Shown here one piece after another: positions 62,934 to 64,000 of a stretch of DNA of 64,000 nucleotides; the first letter of the stretch is position 1, and each line of letters starts with the position of its first letter. The translations under genes and the position numbers were made by a program. Source of the DNA: Sulfurimonas sp. (GTDB lineage Bacteria; Campylobacterota; Campylobacteria; Campylobacterales; Sulfurimonadaceae); the NCBI GenBank assembly GCA_028044295.1, contig JAOFSE010000011.1, positions 890 through 64,889 on the forward strand. The letters run 5' to 3'. The notes under the pieces were generated by a model. That model was given only the letters and a program-made list of their open reading frames with translations. It had not been told where the DNA came from and did not search any database.

Positions 62934-63929
62934 ATGAGCCAAATTAGCTACAAAGATGCTGGTGTCGACATAGATGCTGGTAATAGTTTCGTTGAAAATA
63001 TCAAACCATTAGTAAAATCTACAAAAATCCCAGGTGTAATGGGTGGAATAGGATCTTTTGCTGGTGCATTTGAATTACCAAAAGGTTTTAAAGAGCCAGT
63101 AATGTTAGCCGCAACTGATGGTGTTGGTACAAAACTAAAATTAGCAATTGACTCTGGTATTCATAACACAGTAGGTATTGATCTAGTAGCTATGTGTGTT
63201 AATGATCTTATCTGTAACTTTGGAACTCCATCTTTCTTCCTTGACTATTACGCAACAGGTAAACTTGATGTTAATGTAGCTACTAATGTAGTAGCTGGTA
63301 TAGCTGAGGGTTGTAAAAGAAGTGAATGTGCCCTAATAGGTGGGGAAACCGCTGAAATGCCAGGAATGTACTCTGAAGATGATTACGATCTAGCAGGTTT
63401 CTCAGTTGGTATCGCAGAAAAATCAGAAATGGATAGAGTATCCCTAGTAAGAGCTGGACATAAGCTTATAGCACTTCCTAGTTCTGGTCTTCACTCTAAT
63501 GGTTTTTCATTAGCAAGAAAAGTTCTGTTTGAAAAAATGAACCTTGACTTCAACGAAGACTTTAACGGTAAACCTCTTATAGAAACTCTTCTTGAGCCTA
63601 CAAACATTTATGTAAAAACTTTTAAAGAGTTAAAAAATGAAATTGTAGCAATGGCACACATAACAGGTGGTGGGATAGTTGAAAACCTTCCTCGCGTACT
63701 TCCTGAAAACTTAATGGCAGAAGTTAAAAAAGACTCTATTAAAGTTCTACCTATTTTTGAGTTAATGAGTGAACATGTGGATAGAGATGAAATGTTTAGA
63801 GCATTCAACATGGGTGTGGGTATGATTCTTGTCGTTGAAGATAAAAATGTAGATACTGTTCTTTCTAAAACAGATGGTTATCTAATAGGCGAAATTAAAG
63901 AGGGTTCTAGAGAAGCTGTAATGATATAG
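62934..63929 (+). CDS. purM: phosphoribosylformylglycinamidine cyclo-ligase
   Basis: YKDAGVDIDAG, DGVGTK, GGETAEMPG, SSGLHSNG, HITGGG, FNMGVG. Confidence 0.99.
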   Translation: MSQISYKDAGVDIDAGNSFVENIKPLVKSTKIPGVMGGIGSFAGAFELPKGFKEPVMLAATDGVGTKLKLAIDSGIHNTVGIDLVAMCVNDLICNFGTPSFFLDYYATGKLDVNVATNVVAGIAEGCKRSECALIGGETAEMPGMYSEDDYDLAGFSVGIAEKSEMDRVSLVRAGHKLIALPSSGLHSNGFSLARKVLFEKMNLDFNEDFNGKPLIETLLEPTNIYVKTFKELKNEIVAMAHITGGGIVENLPRVLPENLMAEVKKDSIKVLPIFELMSEHVDRDEMFRAFNMGVGMILVVEDKNVDTVLSKTDGYLIGEIKEGSREAVMI

Positions 63930-63948
63930 AATCTGTAACTAGATTCTA
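63927..63948. terminator. hairpin at the purM stop; a second imperfect hairpin follows (about 63955-63980)
   Basis: TAGAATCT-GTAACT-AGATTCTA. Confidence 0.5.
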
Positions 63949-64000
63949 TTCACAAGAAACCTTATTTAAAAGGCTTCTTTAAATCTTTAATGACATTTCC

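Overview
AT-rich (roughly 32-33% GC by eye), gene-dense chromosomal segment of a Campylobacterota bacterium, most consistent with Sulfurimonas or a close relative. This is an inference from the gene orders recA-eno, mqnD-fliQ-murB, nifS-nifU, rnhA-rnc-aroC, tig-clpP-def and rpsT-prfA, and from TATAAT-only promoters. About 65 CDSs, mostly core metabolism. I saw no rRNA, tRNA, CRISPR array, transposase or phage genes. Most notable observations: (1) the palindromic decamer CTACATGTAG occurs 11 times, about one per 6 kb against well under one expected. Ten copies lie inside unrelated genes, like a HIP1-type highly iterated palindrome. (2) A SRAP/YedK protein has Pro in place of its catalytic Cys2. 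(3) An mtnK-mtnA-aldolase/SDR-fusion cassette resembles a DHAP-shunt salvage route for MTA or 5'-deoxyadenosine with a built-in dehydrogenase. (4) A frameshifted diguanylate cyclase faces a pseudo-receiver regulator. (5) Several degenerate or orphan enzymes and Tat-exported redox proteins are present. (6) Two small genes are missing from the ORF track. Family assignments come from motif recognition, not database searches.
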